Shown here: positions 8,069 to 17,436 of the stretch, piece after piece
How the letters are laid out: the number at the start of each line of letters is the position of its first letter
How positions within the stretch are numbered: the stretch's first letter is position 1
DNA from: a virus
Lineage: Duplodnaviria > Heunggongvirae > Uroviricota > Caudoviricetes
Direction: 5' to 3' (one strand)
IMG/VR virus record: IMGVR_UViG_2617270990_000004
Length of the DNA: 36,317 nt
Notes under the pieces: model-generated
Databases searched by the model: none
Told to the model about the DNA's origin: nothing
What the model saw: only the letters and a program-made list of their open reading frames with translations
Translations under genes and position numbers: made by a program

Positions 8069-8434
8069 ATGGCTGAGCTTCGTACACTCCAGAGCAGAAT
8101 CAAAACACTGAATACCCGACGGGTGAATATTCTGAAGGGGGAGCAGCGTCGTGTCAGTGGCAGTGCACGTGTTTCCCTCAAGCGTCATATCTGGCTGAGG
8201 GACGCCGGGCAGTGCTGTATCTGTGGTCGTGTGGTTGACCTCTGTGACAGTGAACTCGATCACCGAATTGCACTTCAGTTCGGTGGTGGTAATGAGGAGA
8301 CGAATCTTTGGACGCTCTGTGCCGAATGCCATCGACAAAAGTCTGCTCGTGAAGCGGCGAGTGGTATGCCGGACCCGACGCTGCCGGAGGTGTCCGGAGG
8401 TAGTGGCAGAGAGGACGACATCATCGGACTGTAA
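8069..8434 (+). CDS. HNH endonuclease associated with the packaging module
   Basis: 121 aa with the Cys/His motif CCICGRVVDLCDSELDHRIALQFGG...NLWTLCAECHRQKS. HNH genes next to cos and terminase are typical of HK97-like packaging. Confidence 0.8.
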   Translation: MAELRTLQSRIKTLNTRRVNILKGEQRRVSGSARVSLKRHIWLRDAGQCCICGRVVDLCDSELDHRIALQFGGGNEETNLWTLCAECHRQKSAREAASGMPDPTLPEVSGGSGREDDIIGL

Positions 8435-8519
8435 CCCAACCCGGGGGGGTATCATCCGGCGTAAAAAACGATCGCTTTGGACACCGCGCCCCCTCTCACG
8501 CAGAGAAAAAATTCCCGTT

Positions 8520-8680
8520 TCAGGCCAGTTAACATGTTAACTGGCTGCCCAGGCATTTTTGCGGTTTTTATCTTTATTATTCAGTTTGTTGTGCGAAAAA
8601 AATGTTAACTGGCTTTTTCAGAAAATGTTAACCAGGCAGCAGTTAACATTTGCGGCATGAGACGCCGGGAAAAATGGGCT
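8520..8680 (+). promoter_or_regulatory. cos/terminase-recognition region with repeated GTTAAC-centred inverted repeats
   Basis: GCCAGTTAAC-ATG-TTAACTGGC palindrome, then ATGTTAACTGGC and AAATGTTAACCAGGCAGCAGTTAACATTT, all in the non-coding gap between HNH and terminase small subunit. Confidence 0.4.
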
Positions 8681-8723
8681 GAACCATACCCGGCTGAGTG
8701 CGTTCTGGACCCGGGAGGAGGCT

Positions 8724-9287
8724 GTGCTGACAACGCAAAAACGAAAATTTGCGCTGGCGCTCATGTCCGGGAAAAACAAAACAGCGTCAGCCATTGCCGC
8801 CGGTTATTCGGCGAAGACCGCCAGGGTTAAAGGCTCGCAGCTGGCAAAAGATCCGGAGGTGCTCGCGTTTATAGCCCGTAAACAGTGCGAAACGGTGGAG
8901 GTGGATGAGGTTCCTGTTTACCGGCAGAAAAAATCAGAGCAGGAGGATAAACCCCGTCGCCGTGAGGCGGCTGCAATACCACAGCCGGACGAAAACAATC
9001 CGGAGATGCCACCGCCTGCGGTGATGTCTCATGGTATTGAATATATGGAGGATGGTCTTCCCGATCCGGTGAAAGCTATGGGGCAGATCCTGGTGGAAAA
9101 CCTCAGCATTGATCCGAAACTGGCACTGGATGCGGCCTGGCGACTGGCGCAGTTCACACACCATAAAAAAGGCGATGCCGGTAAAAAATCGGCAAAAGGT
9201 GATGCCGCGAAAAAAGCGGCTAACCGTTTTGCGGTACCACCACCACCACGACTGGTGGTGAATAACGATAATGAGGGCAACGGATGA
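8724..9287 (+). CDS. terminase small subunit
   Basis: 187 aa with GTG start and GGGAGGAGG SD. N-terminal HTH-like KFALALMSGKNKTASAIAAGYSAKTARVKGSQL. Stop overlaps the terminase large start. Confidence 0.8.
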   Translation: MLTTQKRKFALALMSGKNKTASAIAAGYSAKTARVKGSQLAKDPEVLAFIARKQCETVEVDEVPVYRQKKSEQEDKPRRREAAAIPQPDENNPEMPPPAVMSHGIEYMEDGLPDPVKAMGQILVENLSIDPKLALDAAWRLAQFTHHKKGDAGKKSAKGDAAKKAANRFAVPPPPRLVVNNDNEGNG

Positions 9288-10945
9288 TACCTGTATGGAG
9301 CACGGCCTGCCCGGACTGGGCAGAGCGCCTGAAAAAGGGGCTGTCGATTATTCCGGCTCCGATTTATCCGGACCAGGCCGCACATGCCCTGGCGATTTTT
9401 AAACAACTGCGGATTGTGGATGCACCGGGTAGCCCGACGTTCGGGGAGTCCTGTGCACAGTGGGTGTTTGACCTGGTGGCGGCTCTGTTTGGCTCCTACG
9501 ATGCGCAGACCGGTGTCCGCCATATCAAGGAAGTGTTCATTCTGATACCCAAAAAAAACAGCAAGTCCACACTGGCCGCCGGGATCATGATGACGGCGCT
9601 GTTACTGAACTGGCGGCAGGCGGCGGGTTACACGATTCTGGCCCCGACTGTGGAGGTGGCAGCCAACGCCTTCAATCCTGCCAGGGATATGGTACGACGG
9701 GACGATGATCTGGATGACCTCTGTCAGGTGCAGACACATATCCGGACCATCACCCACCGGGTGACGGACACCACCCTGAAGGTGGTGGCAGCCGATCCGA
9801 ATACGGTGTCCGGTATCAAGTCCGTGGGGACGCTGATTGATGAGTTGTGGCTGTTTGGCAAGCAGTACAAGGCGGAGGACATGTTACGTGAAGCCATCGG
9901 CGGGCTTGCCTCCCGCCCGGAAGGGTTTGTGGTGTATACGACCACCCAGTCGAATGAACCGCCAGCCGGGGTGTTCAGACAGAAACTGCAGTATGCCCGG
10001 GATGTGCGCGACGGCAAAATTCATGATCCGCACTTTCTGCCGGTGATATTTGAACACCCTCCTGAAATGGTGGAAAGCGGGGCTCACCTGCTGATGGAAA
10101 ACCTCGCCATGGTCAATCCGAATCTCGGCTATTCAGTGGATGAGGCCTTTCTGTACCGGGAGTACCGTAAAGCCCGGGAGGCTGGTGAGGAAGCATTTCG
10201 TGGCTTCATGTCAAAACATGCCAATGTGGAAATTGGTCTTGCCCTGCGTTCTGACCGCTGGGCGGGTGCGGATTTCTGGGAGCAGCAGGGCAGGCGCGTC
10301 AGCCTGGACGATATCCTGCAGCGCGCTGATGTGGTGACGGTGGGGATTGACGGCGGGGGCCTGGATGATCTGCTGGGAATGTACGTGATTGGCCGTGACA
10401 GGGAAACCCGCGAATGGCTGGGCTGGGGCCATGCCTGGGCGCATGAAACCGCGGTGGTCAGACGGAAGAGTGAGGCATCCCGTTTTCAGGATTTTGTGGC
10501 CTGTGGAGACATGACGATTGTCCGTCGGGTCGGGGATGACACGGCGGAAGTGGCGGAGTATGTGCGTCGTATTCATGAGGCTGAGTTACTGGAGCATATC
10601 GGTATTGACCCGTCAGGTGTGGGGCAGATTCTGGATTCACTGGCGGAAGCCGGGATCCCCGACGGAATTGTGGTGGGGATAAGCCAGGGCTGGAAACTGG
10701 GCGGGGCCATTAAAACCACCGAGCGCAAACTGGCTGAAGGGGTGCTGGTGCATGGTGACCAGCCCCTGATGGCCTGGTGTGTCGGCAATGCCCGGGTGGA
10801 GCCTAAAGGTAACGCCATTCTTATCACCAAACAGGCCAGTGGACGGGGAAAAATTGACCCGCTGATGGCGCTGTTCAATGCGGTCTCCCTGATGTCCCTT
10901 AACCCGGAACCGAAAAAGAAAGAATATGCGGTTTTTTTCATATAA
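9284..10945 (+). CDS. terminase large subunit
   Basis: 553 aa with a Walker-A-like LIPKKNSKST. Position and size are right for a large terminase. Confidence 0.9.
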   Translation: MIPVWSTACPDWAERLKKGLSIIPAPIYPDQAAHALAIFKQLRIVDAPGSPTFGESCAQWVFDLVAALFGSYDAQTGVRHIKEVFILIPKKNSKSTLAAGIMMTALLLNWRQAAGYTILAPTVEVAANAFNPARDMVRRDDDLDDLCQVQTHIRTITHRVTDTTLKVVAADPNTVSGIKSVGTLIDELWLFGKQYKAEDMLREAIGGLASRPEGFVVYTTTQSNEPPAGVFRQKLQYARDVRDGKIHDPHFLPVIFEHPPEMVESGAHLLMENLAMVNPNLGYSVDEAFLYREYRKAREAGEEAFRGFMSKHANVEIGLALRSDRWAGADFWEQQGRRVSLDDILQRADVVTVGIDGGGLDDLLGMYVIGRDRETREWLGWGHAWAHETAVVRRKSEASRFQDFVACGDMTIVRRVGDDTAEVAEYVRRIHEAELLEHIGIDPSGVGQILDSLAEAGIPDGIVVGISQGWKLGGAIKTTERKLAEGVLVHGDQPLMAWCVGNARVEPKGNAILITKQASGRGKIDPLMALFNAVSLMSLNPEPKKKEYAVFFI

Positions 10946-10970
10946 CCCTGTTCACACTGTAACCATCACG

Positions 10971-10996
10971 AACCGCTCCGGCGGTTTTTTTATTTT
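10971..10996 (+). terminator. candidate rho-independent terminator
   Basis: AACCGC-TCCG-GCGGTT hairpin followed by TTTTTATTTT. Confidence 0.4.
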
Positions 10997-11008
10997 CAGG
11001 AGGCTGAT

Positions 11009-12946
11009 GTGACTCTTAAACGGGCCTGTTCCCTGCTGACGGTGAAATCCTTCAGTGAGGATGAACGGGTGATCACCGGGATTGCGTCAACGCCTTCTCC
11101 GGATCGGGATGGTGACATCCTGGAGCCGGAGGGCGCGGAGTTTGGCAGTGCGATCCCGTTTCTCTGGCAGCATGACCATTCCCGCCCGGTGGGGCAGTGT
11201 ACGGTGCGTCGGGTCAGCGAAGGGCTGGAAATCACGGCAACACTGGTGAAGCCCGTACCGGATATGCCGTCGCAACTGGCTGCCCGGCTGGATGAGGTCT
11301 GGGCGGCCATTAAGACCGGGCTGGTCAGGGGGCTGTCCGTGGGCTTCCGTCCCCATGAATACACCTTTCTGGACGGAGGCGGACTGCATTTTCTGCGCTG
11401 GGAACTGATGGAGGTGTCTGCCGTCACCGTGCCCGCGAATGCGGAATGCACCATCCGGACCATTAAATCTTACGACCGCCCGTTTTCTGCCGCGTCCGGC
11501 AACCGGAAACCGGTGGTGAAAATCGCATCTTCTGCCGGCGCTGCGGCACAGTCAACAACCGTTTTTCATAAGGAAAAGACCATAATGAATATTGGCGAAC
11601 AGATTAAAAGTTTTGAAAACAAGCGTGCAGCGCTGGCAGCCTCCCTTGAGGAGGTCATGACCAAAGCCGCAGAGGAAGGGCGCACGCTGGATGTGGAGGA
11701 GGAAGAGCATTACGACAACACCGCAGCGGAAATCCGTCAGGTGGATGCGCACCTGAAGCGCCTGCGTGAACTGGAAGCCGGTAAGGCCGCCACGGCGCAG
11801 CCGGTGAAACAGGCCGGTAACGGGAATGTGGCCGCGGTGGCTTCTGCGCCGGTGATCCGTGTGGAGCAGAAACTGGATAAGGGGATTGGCTTCGCCCGCT
11901 TTGCCAAATCGCTGGCTGCGGCTAAAGGCGTCCGATCTGAAGCCCTGGAAGTGGCCCGTCGTCAGTATCCGGATGACAGTCGTCTGCATCATGTCCTGAA
12001 ATCGGCAGTGGGCGCGGGGACCACCACGGATCCGCAGTGGGCAGGCAGCCTGTCTGAATATCAGGAATACGCACAGGACTTTATTGATTACCTGCGTCCG
12101 CAGACCATTATCGGGCGATTTGGTCAGGGCGGGATCCCTGCACTTCGTCAGGTGCCATTCAATATCCGTGTGCACGCCCAGGTGTCCGGCGGTGCTGCCG
12201 GCTGGGTGGGTGAGGGTAAGGCAAAACCCCTGACGAAGTTTGATTTTGAATCCATCACCTTCAGTCATGCGAAGGTGTCGGCCATTGCGGTACTGACGGA
12301 AGAATTGATCCGTTTTTCCAGTCCGGCTGCTGATGCACTGGTCCGTAATGCGCTGGCGGAAGCGGTGGTGGCGCGTCTGGATACAGACTTTGTGGACCCG
12401 AAAAAAGCCGCAGTGGCAGATGTCTCCCCGGCGTCCATCACCCATGATGTGAAGGGCACGGCATCAACCGGTAACCCGGATGCGGATGCAGAGGCTGCGT
12501 TTGGACAGTTTGTGGCAGCAAACCTGCAGCCCACCGGTGCGGTCTGGCTGATGTCCAGCACCAATGCCCTGGCACTGTCCATGCGTAAAAATGCGCTGGG
12601 TCAGAAGGAATACCCGGACATGACCCTGCTGGGTGGCTCCTTCCAGGGGCTGCCGGTGATTGTCTCCCAGTACGTGGGTGACCAGCTGGTGCTGGTGAAT
12701 GCCCCGGATATTTATCTGGCGGATGACGGCGGCGTGGCAGTGGATATGTCCCGCGAGGCATCACTGGAAATGCAGTCTGAGCCGGGCGGCGACAGTACCA
12801 CGCCGTCCCCGGTGGAGCTGGTTTCCATGTTCCAGACAGGCAGCGTGGCCATCCGTGCGGAGCGCTGGATCAACTGGCGTCGTCGCCGTACCGCGGCGGT
12901 GGCGGTGATCACCGGAGTGAACTACGGCAGTGCGTCCGGCGGCTGA
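11009..12946 (+). CDS. fused prohead protease (HK97/S78-type) and HK97-fold major capsid protein
   Basis: 645 aa. N-terminus ITGIASTPSPDRDGDILEPEGAEF...PFLWQHDHSRPVGQ resembles the prohead protease; the middle is a coiled-coil-like, E/A/K-rich segment; the C-terminal part is capsid-like. GTG start with CAGGAGG SD. Confidence 0.85.
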   Translation: MTLKRACSLLTVKSFSEDERVITGIASTPSPDRDGDILEPEGAEFGSAIPFLWQHDHSRPVGQCTVRRVSEGLEITATLVKPVPDMPSQLAARLDEVWAAIKTGLVRGLSVGFRPHEYTFLDGGGLHFLRWELMEVSAVTVPANAECTIRTIKSYDRPFSAASGNRKPVVKIASSAGAAAQSTTVFHKEKTIMNIGEQIKSFENKRAALAASLEEVMTKAAEEGRTLDVEEEEHYDNTAAEIRQVDAHLKRLRELEAGKAATAQPVKQAGNGNVAAVASAPVIRVEQKLDKGIGFARFAKSLAAAKGVRSEALEVARRQYPDDSRLHHVLKSAVGAGTTTDPQWAGSLSEYQEYAQDFIDYLRPQTIIGRFGQGGIPALRQVPFNIRVHAQVSGGAAGWVGEGKAKPLTKFDFESITFSHAKVSAIAVLTEELIRFSSPAADALVRNALAEAVVARLDTDFVDPKKAAVADVSPASITHDVKGTASTGNPDADAEAAFGQFVAANLQPTGAVWLMSSTNALALSMRKNALGQKEYPDMTLLGGSFQGLPVIVSQYVGDQLVLVNAPDIYLADDGGVAVDMSREASLEMQSEPGGDSTTPSPVELVSMFQTGSVAIRAERWINWRRRRTAAVAVITGVNYGSASGG

Positions 12947-12990
12947 GTCTGATAAGGAGGACGGGAGGCGTGCGCCTCCCGTAACAGGTT

Positions 12991-13212
12991 ATGGCAAAGA
13001 TCCGATATCTGCAGGGCACGCATGATGCCCGGGCCGGGGATATCCGTGATGTGGCACAGCCGTGTGCGGAGGTGCTGGTTCGCCTGGGAAAGGCGGAGTA
13101 CATCACGGTGCGACGTCCGGCAGGTCAGAAAAAGAAACGTGATGCGGAGCATGGCGAATGTGGAACCTTTTACGGCGAACCCGAAAAAACCAGAAATCAG
13201 GACGTGACGTAA
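12991..13212 (+). CDS. hypothetical small protein (73 aa), doubtful
   Basis: ORF between capsid and portal genes, overlapping the portal start by 55 nt. Preceded by the GGGAGGCG-TG-CGCCTCCC hairpin. Confidence 0.2.
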   Translation: MAKIRYLQGTHDARAGDIRDVAQPCAEVLVRLGKAEYITVRRPAGQKKKRDAEHGECGTFYGEPEKTRNQDVT

Positions 13213-15905
13213 GAGAGGCGGGCTGGACCAGCCTGTTTCAGGCGGTGGCTGAGCCCTTTTCCGGCGCCTGGCAGCAGGGCGTGAAAGCCGATCCTGAAGC
13301 CGTCCTCTCCTTTCATGCGGTGTTTGCATGTATTTCGCTGATATCCCAGGATATCGCCAAAATGCGGCTGCGTCTTATGCAGACGGATGCGCATGGGATA
13401 CGCAGGGAAACGCGCCGGGGGGATATTGCCCGCCTCTGTCGTCGTCCCAACGCCCAGCAGAACCGCATCCAGTTTTTTGAACTGTGGCTGAACGCCAAAC
13501 TGCGTCACGGCAATACGGTGGTGCTGAAAATCCGTAATGCCCGGGGGCAGATCAAAGAACTGCGTATTCTGGACTGGAGCCGGGTTGAACCTCTGGTGGC
13601 GGATGACGGCGAGGTGTTCTACCGCATCACGCCGGACCGGAACTGCGGGATCACGGAGGCGGTGACGGTGCCTGCCCGGGAAGTGATCCACGACCGGTTT
13701 AACTGTTTTTTTCATCCGCTTATAGGATTGCCGCCGGTGTATGCCGCCGGGCTGGCGGCCACGCAGGGGCATCATATTCAGGAAAATTCGACGTCTTTTT
13801 TCAGAAATGGTGGCAGGCCGTCCGGGGTGATTGAGATCCCCGGCAGTATTACGGAAGAAAATGCGAAAAAACTGAAGAGCAACTGGGACAGCGGGTATAC
13901 AGGCGAAAATGCGGGGAAAACGGCCATTCTGAGCAACGGGGCAAAATACAACCCCACGACGTTTTCACCTGTGGATGCGCAGACGGTGGAACAACTGAAG
14001 ATGACCGCTGAAATTGTCTGTTCGGTGTTCCGTGTCCCGGCCTACAAGATTGGCGTGGGACAACCGCCTTCCAGTGACAACGTGGAGGCGCTGGAGCAGC
14101 AGTATTATTCCCAGTGCCTGCAGACGCTGATTGAGTCCATTGAACTGTTACTGGATGAGGCGCTGGAAACGGGGGAAAACGAGAGTACAGAATTTGATGT
14201 CACCACGCTGCTGAGAATGGACAGTGAGCGGCGCATGAAAACGCTGGGGGATGCGGTGAAAAATACGCTTCTCACGCCCAATGAGGCCCGTAAACGGGAG
14301 AACCTGCCGCCCCTGGCCGGCGGTGATGCACTGTATCTTCAGCAGCAGAACTACAGTCTGGAGGCGCTGTCCCGTCGTGATGCCCGTGAGGATCCGTTCT
14401 CGTCTGCCGGGAAAACAGTTTCATCACAGCTGCCTGACGGCGCATCTGACGGTAATAAGGCAATCAGTGAAACAGAGCATGATGCGGTGAAAGCGATGTT
14501 CAGGGGGGATACTGAGAAAATGACGGAACGGGAACTGTCCATTATTCGTGCACTGGGAGAAGAATTCTCCACAGTGCTGGCGGATTTACAGCGCACATTT
14601 GAGGGGAAGATGGCCTCGCAGGCACAAGCGTTTGAAGAGAAACTGACTTCCCTGTCGGCGGTATTACAGAAGCATGTGACGGTGGATGAGGTGCGTCCGG
14701 TTCTGCAGGCGATGGTGGATGACGCTGTGGGGGCCATTCCGGTACCGCGTGATGGTCGTGATTATGATCCGGATGTACTGCAGCAGGCGGTGAATGATGC
14801 GGTCGCAAATATTCCGCAGCCGGCGGACGGTAAAAGTCTCACCCCGGATGATGTGCGTCCGATGCTTGAACAGATGGTGAAGGAGGCTGTAAGCCATATC
14901 CCTGTTCTGCGTGATGGTCGTGACTACGATCCGGAAGTACTGCAGAAGGCGGTGAATGATGCGGTCGCAAATATTCCGCAGCCAGCGGACGGTAAAAGTC
15001 TCACCCCGGATGATGTGCGTCCGATGCTTGAACAGATGGTGAAGGAGGCTGTAAGCCATATCCCTGTTCTGCGTGATGGTCGTGACTACGATCCGGAAGT
15101 ACTGCAGAAGGCGGTGAATGATGCGGTCGCAAATATTCCGCAGCCAGCGGACGGTAAAAGTCTCACCCCGGATGATGTGCGTCCGATGCTTGAACAGATG
15201 GTGAAGGAGGCTGTAAGCCATATCCCTGTTCCGCGCGACGGTCGTGACTATGATCCCGATGTTCTGCAGAAGGCGGTGAATGATGCGGTCGCAAATATTC
15301 CGCAGCCGGCAGACGGTAAAAGTCTCACCCCGGATGATGTGCGTCCGATGCTTGAACAGATGGTGAAGGAGGCGGTAAGCCATATTCATGTTCCGCGTGA
15401 TGGTCGTGACTACGATCCGGATGTTCTGCAGAAGGCGGTTCTGGATGCGGTGAGTGCCCTGCCGGCTCCGCAGGACGGGCGTGATGCCACGGCTCTGGAA
15501 ATACTCCCCGCCATTGACGATCAAAAATCCTTTCCCCGGGGCACGTATGCCACACACCAGGGCGGACTCTGGCGGGCGTATGAAAAAACGCACGGGATGC
15601 GGGGATGGGAATGCCTGGTTGACGGGGTGGCGGATATTGACGTCAGCATGACGGGTGAGCGGTTGTTCTCTGTGGTGGTCCGGCAGAGCAGTGGCCAGCG
15701 TACGGAAAAAACATTTTCCCTGCCGGTGATGCTCTACCGCGGTGTGTTCAGAGCCGGTGAAACCTACCACCCCGGCGATACGGTGACGTGGGGGGGCTCG
15801 CTGTGGCACTGCAACAGTATGACCGAAGATAAACCCGGAGAAGCTCATTCATCAGCCTGGACCCTGGCTGCAAAACGTGGGCGGGATGCAGGAGGCGGAA
15901 AATGA
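13158..15905 (+). CDS. portal protein (HK97 family) with a long C-terminal extension containing five 54-aa tandem repeats and a terminal domain
   Basis: 915 aa. Residues 1 to about 400 carry portal hallmarks (SFHAVFACISLISQDIAKMRL; GVIEIPGSITEENAKKLKSNWDSGYTGENAGKTAILSNGAKY; FRVPAYKIGVG). Repeats span about residues 512-781, followed by a roughly 130-aa Trp/Gly-containing tail domain. Confidence 0.85.
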   Translation: MWNLLRRTRKNQKSGRDVREAGWTSLFQAVAEPFSGAWQQGVKADPEAVLSFHAVFACISLISQDIAKMRLRLMQTDAHGIRRETRRGDIARLCRRPNAQQNRIQFFELWLNAKLRHGNTVVLKIRNARGQIKELRILDWSRVEPLVADDGEVFYRITPDRNCGITEAVTVPAREVIHDRFNCFFHPLIGLPPVYAAGLAATQGHHIQENSTSFFRNGGRPSGVIEIPGSITEENAKKLKSNWDSGYTGENAGKTAILSNGAKYNPTTFSPVDAQTVEQLKMTAEIVCSVFRVPAYKIGVGQPPSSDNVEALEQQYYSQCLQTLIESIELLLDEALETGENESTEFDVTTLLRMDSERRMKTLGDAVKNTLLTPNEARKRENLPPLAGGDALYLQQQNYSLEALSRRDAREDPFSSAGKTVSSQLPDGASDGNKAISETEHDAVKAMFRGDTEKMTERELSIIRALGEEFSTVLADLQRTFEGKMASQAQAFEEKLTSLSAVLQKHVTVDEVRPVLQAMVDDAVGAIPVPRDGRDYDPDVLQQAVNDAVANIPQPADGKSLTPDDVRPMLEQMVKEAVSHIPVLRDGRDYDPEVLQKAVNDAVANIPQPADGKSLTPDDVRPMLEQMVKEAVSHIPVLRDGRDYDPEVLQKAVNDAVANIPQPADGKSLTPDDVRPMLEQMVKEAVSHIPVPRDGRDYDPDVLQKAVNDAVANIPQPADGKSLTPDDVRPMLEQMVKEAVSHIHVPRDGRDYDPDVLQKAVLDAVSALPAPQDGRDATALEILPAIDDQKSFPRGTYATHQGGLWRAYEKTHGMRGWECLVDGVADIDVSMTGERLFSVVVRQSSGQRTEKTFSLPVMLYRGVFRAGETYHPGDTVTWGGSLWHCNSMTEDKPGEAHSSAWTLAAKRGRDAGGGK
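14691..15500 (+). repeat. five tandem copies of a 162-bp in-frame coding repeat
   Basis: Unit VRPMLEQMVKEAVSHIPVLRDGRDYDPEVLQKAVNDAVANIPQPADGKSLTPDD. Copies 2 to 4 are nearly identical at DNA level; copies 1 and 5 are diverged. Confidence 0.9.
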
Positions 15906-16228
15906 CGGCATTACTGACACTGGAAGAGATCAAGGCACATCTGCGTGTCGACCATGACGCGGATGATGACATGCTGATGGACAAGGTTCGTCAGGCTACC
16001 GCCGTGCTGCTGGCCTACATTCAGGGCAGCCGGGATAAAGTGATCCGTGAGGACGGTGAACTGATCCCGGGCGAGGCATTAACCCGGATGAAGGGGGCTG
16101 CCATGCGACTGACCGGGATGCTGTACCGGAATCCGGATCTTGCGGAGCGGGAAGAACTGCTTCAGGGGGAGCTGCCGTTTTCTGTTTCCGTGCTGATTTA
16201 CGATTTGCGTTGTCCGACGGTGTTATGA
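15902..16228 (+). CDS. head-tail connector protein (gp6-like)
   Basis: MTALLTLEEIKAHLRVDHDADDDMLMDKVRQATAVLLAYI is the typical N-terminus of this family. ATG overlaps the portal stop. Confidence 0.8.
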   Translation: MTALLTLEEIKAHLRVDHDADDDMLMDKVRQATAVLLAYIQGSRDKVIREDGELIPGEALTRMKGAAMRLTGMLYRNPDLAEREELLQGELPFSVSVLIYDLRCPTVL

Positions 16229-16237
16229 GGAGGGGGA

Positions 16238-16588
16238 ATGGCAATATCTGCAGGTCGTCTGACACAGATGATAAGTGTTCTGAATCCGGTGTTAACCCGT
16301 AACGCTGCCGGAGAAATGACGGAAGAATGGGTGTCATGCGGGAAAATTCATGCGGATATCCGTGGCAGGAGCAGCCGGGAGCGGATGCAGTCCGGTGCGG
16401 AAATGGCGCAGGCGGAAATCCGCATCTGGGTGCGCGGTCAGTCCGGTCGGGAAATCACGGCAGCGTCACGACTTCATGTGCTGAGTGGTCCATGGCGTGA
16501 CCGGATCCTGAACGTTGTCGGGCTGCCCGTGCCGGATGCGACCGGCGGGCGTCTGGAAATTCTCTGTCGGCTGGGAGGGGAAAAATGA
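16238..16588 (+). CDS. head-tail adaptor / head closure protein
   Basis: 116 aa; position and size, with SD GAGGAGGGGG upstream. Confidence 0.7.
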   Translation: MAISAGRLTQMISVLNPVLTRNAAGEMTEEWVSCGKIHADIRGRSSRERMQSGAEMAQAEIRIWVRGQSGREITAASRLHVLSGPWRDRILNVVGLPVPDATGGRLEILCRLGGEK

Positions 16589-17031
16589 TCGAAACCCTGC
16601 TGGATTTTTCGGGGCTGGAGGACATCAGCCGCGATTTGCAGCTTCTGAGTGGTGCGGAAAATAACCGGGTGCTGCGTGAGGCAACCCGTGCGGGTGCGAA
16701 TGTGCTGAAAGAAGAAGTGGTGTCACGGGCACCGGTACGCAGGGGAAAACTGCGCCGCAATGTGGTGATCCTTTCCCGGCGCTCCCGCGATGGCGGGATG
16801 GAATCCGGTGTCCATATCCGTGGTGTTAATCCGGACACCGGTAACAGCGATAACACTATGAAGGCGGATAACCCGCGCAATGCTTTCTACTGGCGGTTTG
16901 TGGAAATGGGGACTGTGAATATGCCACCGCACCCGTTTGTGCGCCCGGCGTTTGATGTGCGCAGTGAACAGGCAGCTCAGGTGGCGATTGCGCGGATGAA
17001 CCGGGCCATTGATGAGGTACTGAGACGATGA
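16585..17031 (+). CDS. HK97 gp10-like neck / tail-attachment protein
   Basis: 148 aa, translationally coupled on both sides (ATGA overlaps). Confidence 0.65.
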   Translation: MIETLLDFSGLEDISRDLQLLSGAENNRVLREATRAGANVLKEEVVSRAPVRRGKLRRNVVILSRRSRDGGMESGVHIRGVNPDTGNSDNTMKADNPRNAFYWRFVEMGTVNMPPHPFVRPAFDVRSEQAAQVAIARMNRAIDEVLRR

Positions 17032-17372
17032 CGGAGGCGGATTTGTATCCTCATCTGGCGCATCTTGCCGGCGGGCAGGTGTACCCGTATGTGGTCCCCC
17101 TGCTGGATGGCAGGCCGTCGGTGGCGCTTCCGTGGGTGGTTTTCAGCCTGATTTCATCGGTGTCAGCGGACGTGATGGGCGGGCAGGCGGAGTCCTCAGT
17201 GTCGGTGCAGATAGACGTTTATGCCGGGACTGTGACGCAGGCGCGTCAGATACGTCAGGACGCCCGTGAAGCCATAATGCTGCTGGCCCCGGGATCCGTC
17301 AGTGAAATGCAGGACTATATTCCGGAAAACCGCTGTTACCGTGCAACCCTGGAGTTTCAGGTCACGGTGTGA
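17028..17372 (+). CDS. tail completion / tail terminator-like protein
   Basis: 114 aa; position between the neck protein and major tail protein. Confidence 0.6.
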   Translation: MTEADLYPHLAHLAGGQVYPYVVPLLDGRPSVALPWVVFSLISSVSADVMGGQAESSVSVQIDVYAGTVTQARQIRQDAREAIMLLAPGSVSEMQDYIPENRCYRATLEFQVTV

Positions 17373-17398
17373 CTTTTTCTTTTTTCTACAAAACCATA

Positions 17399-17422
17399 CC
17401 CCGCCGCGTGCGGGGTTTTTAT
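17399..17422 (+). terminator. candidate rho-independent terminator / attenuator upstream of the major tail gene
   Basis: CCCCGC-CGCGT-GCGGGG hairpin followed by TTTTTATTAT. Confidence 0.45.
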
Positions 17423-17436
17423 TATCAGGAGGCAGA

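Noticed and set aside
11552-12445. 297-aa minus-strand ORF inside the protease-capsid gene
   Set aside because: Antisense to a gene with clear protease and capsid similarity. Cys/His/Arg-rich composition is typical of spurious antisense frames in GC-rich DNA.
14691-15500. Tandem repeat array considered as a possible CRISPR or VNTR non-coding array
   Set aside because: The repeats are 162 bp, contiguous without spacers, in frame and inside a long ORF. They encode a repeated protein module, not a CRISPR array.
14664-15848. 394-aa minus-strand ORF with internal repeats, antisense to the portal gene
   Set aside because: It is the mirror image of the 162-bp tandem repeats in the portal C-terminal extension. 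The sense-strand portal ORF has clear homology and coupling to neighbours.
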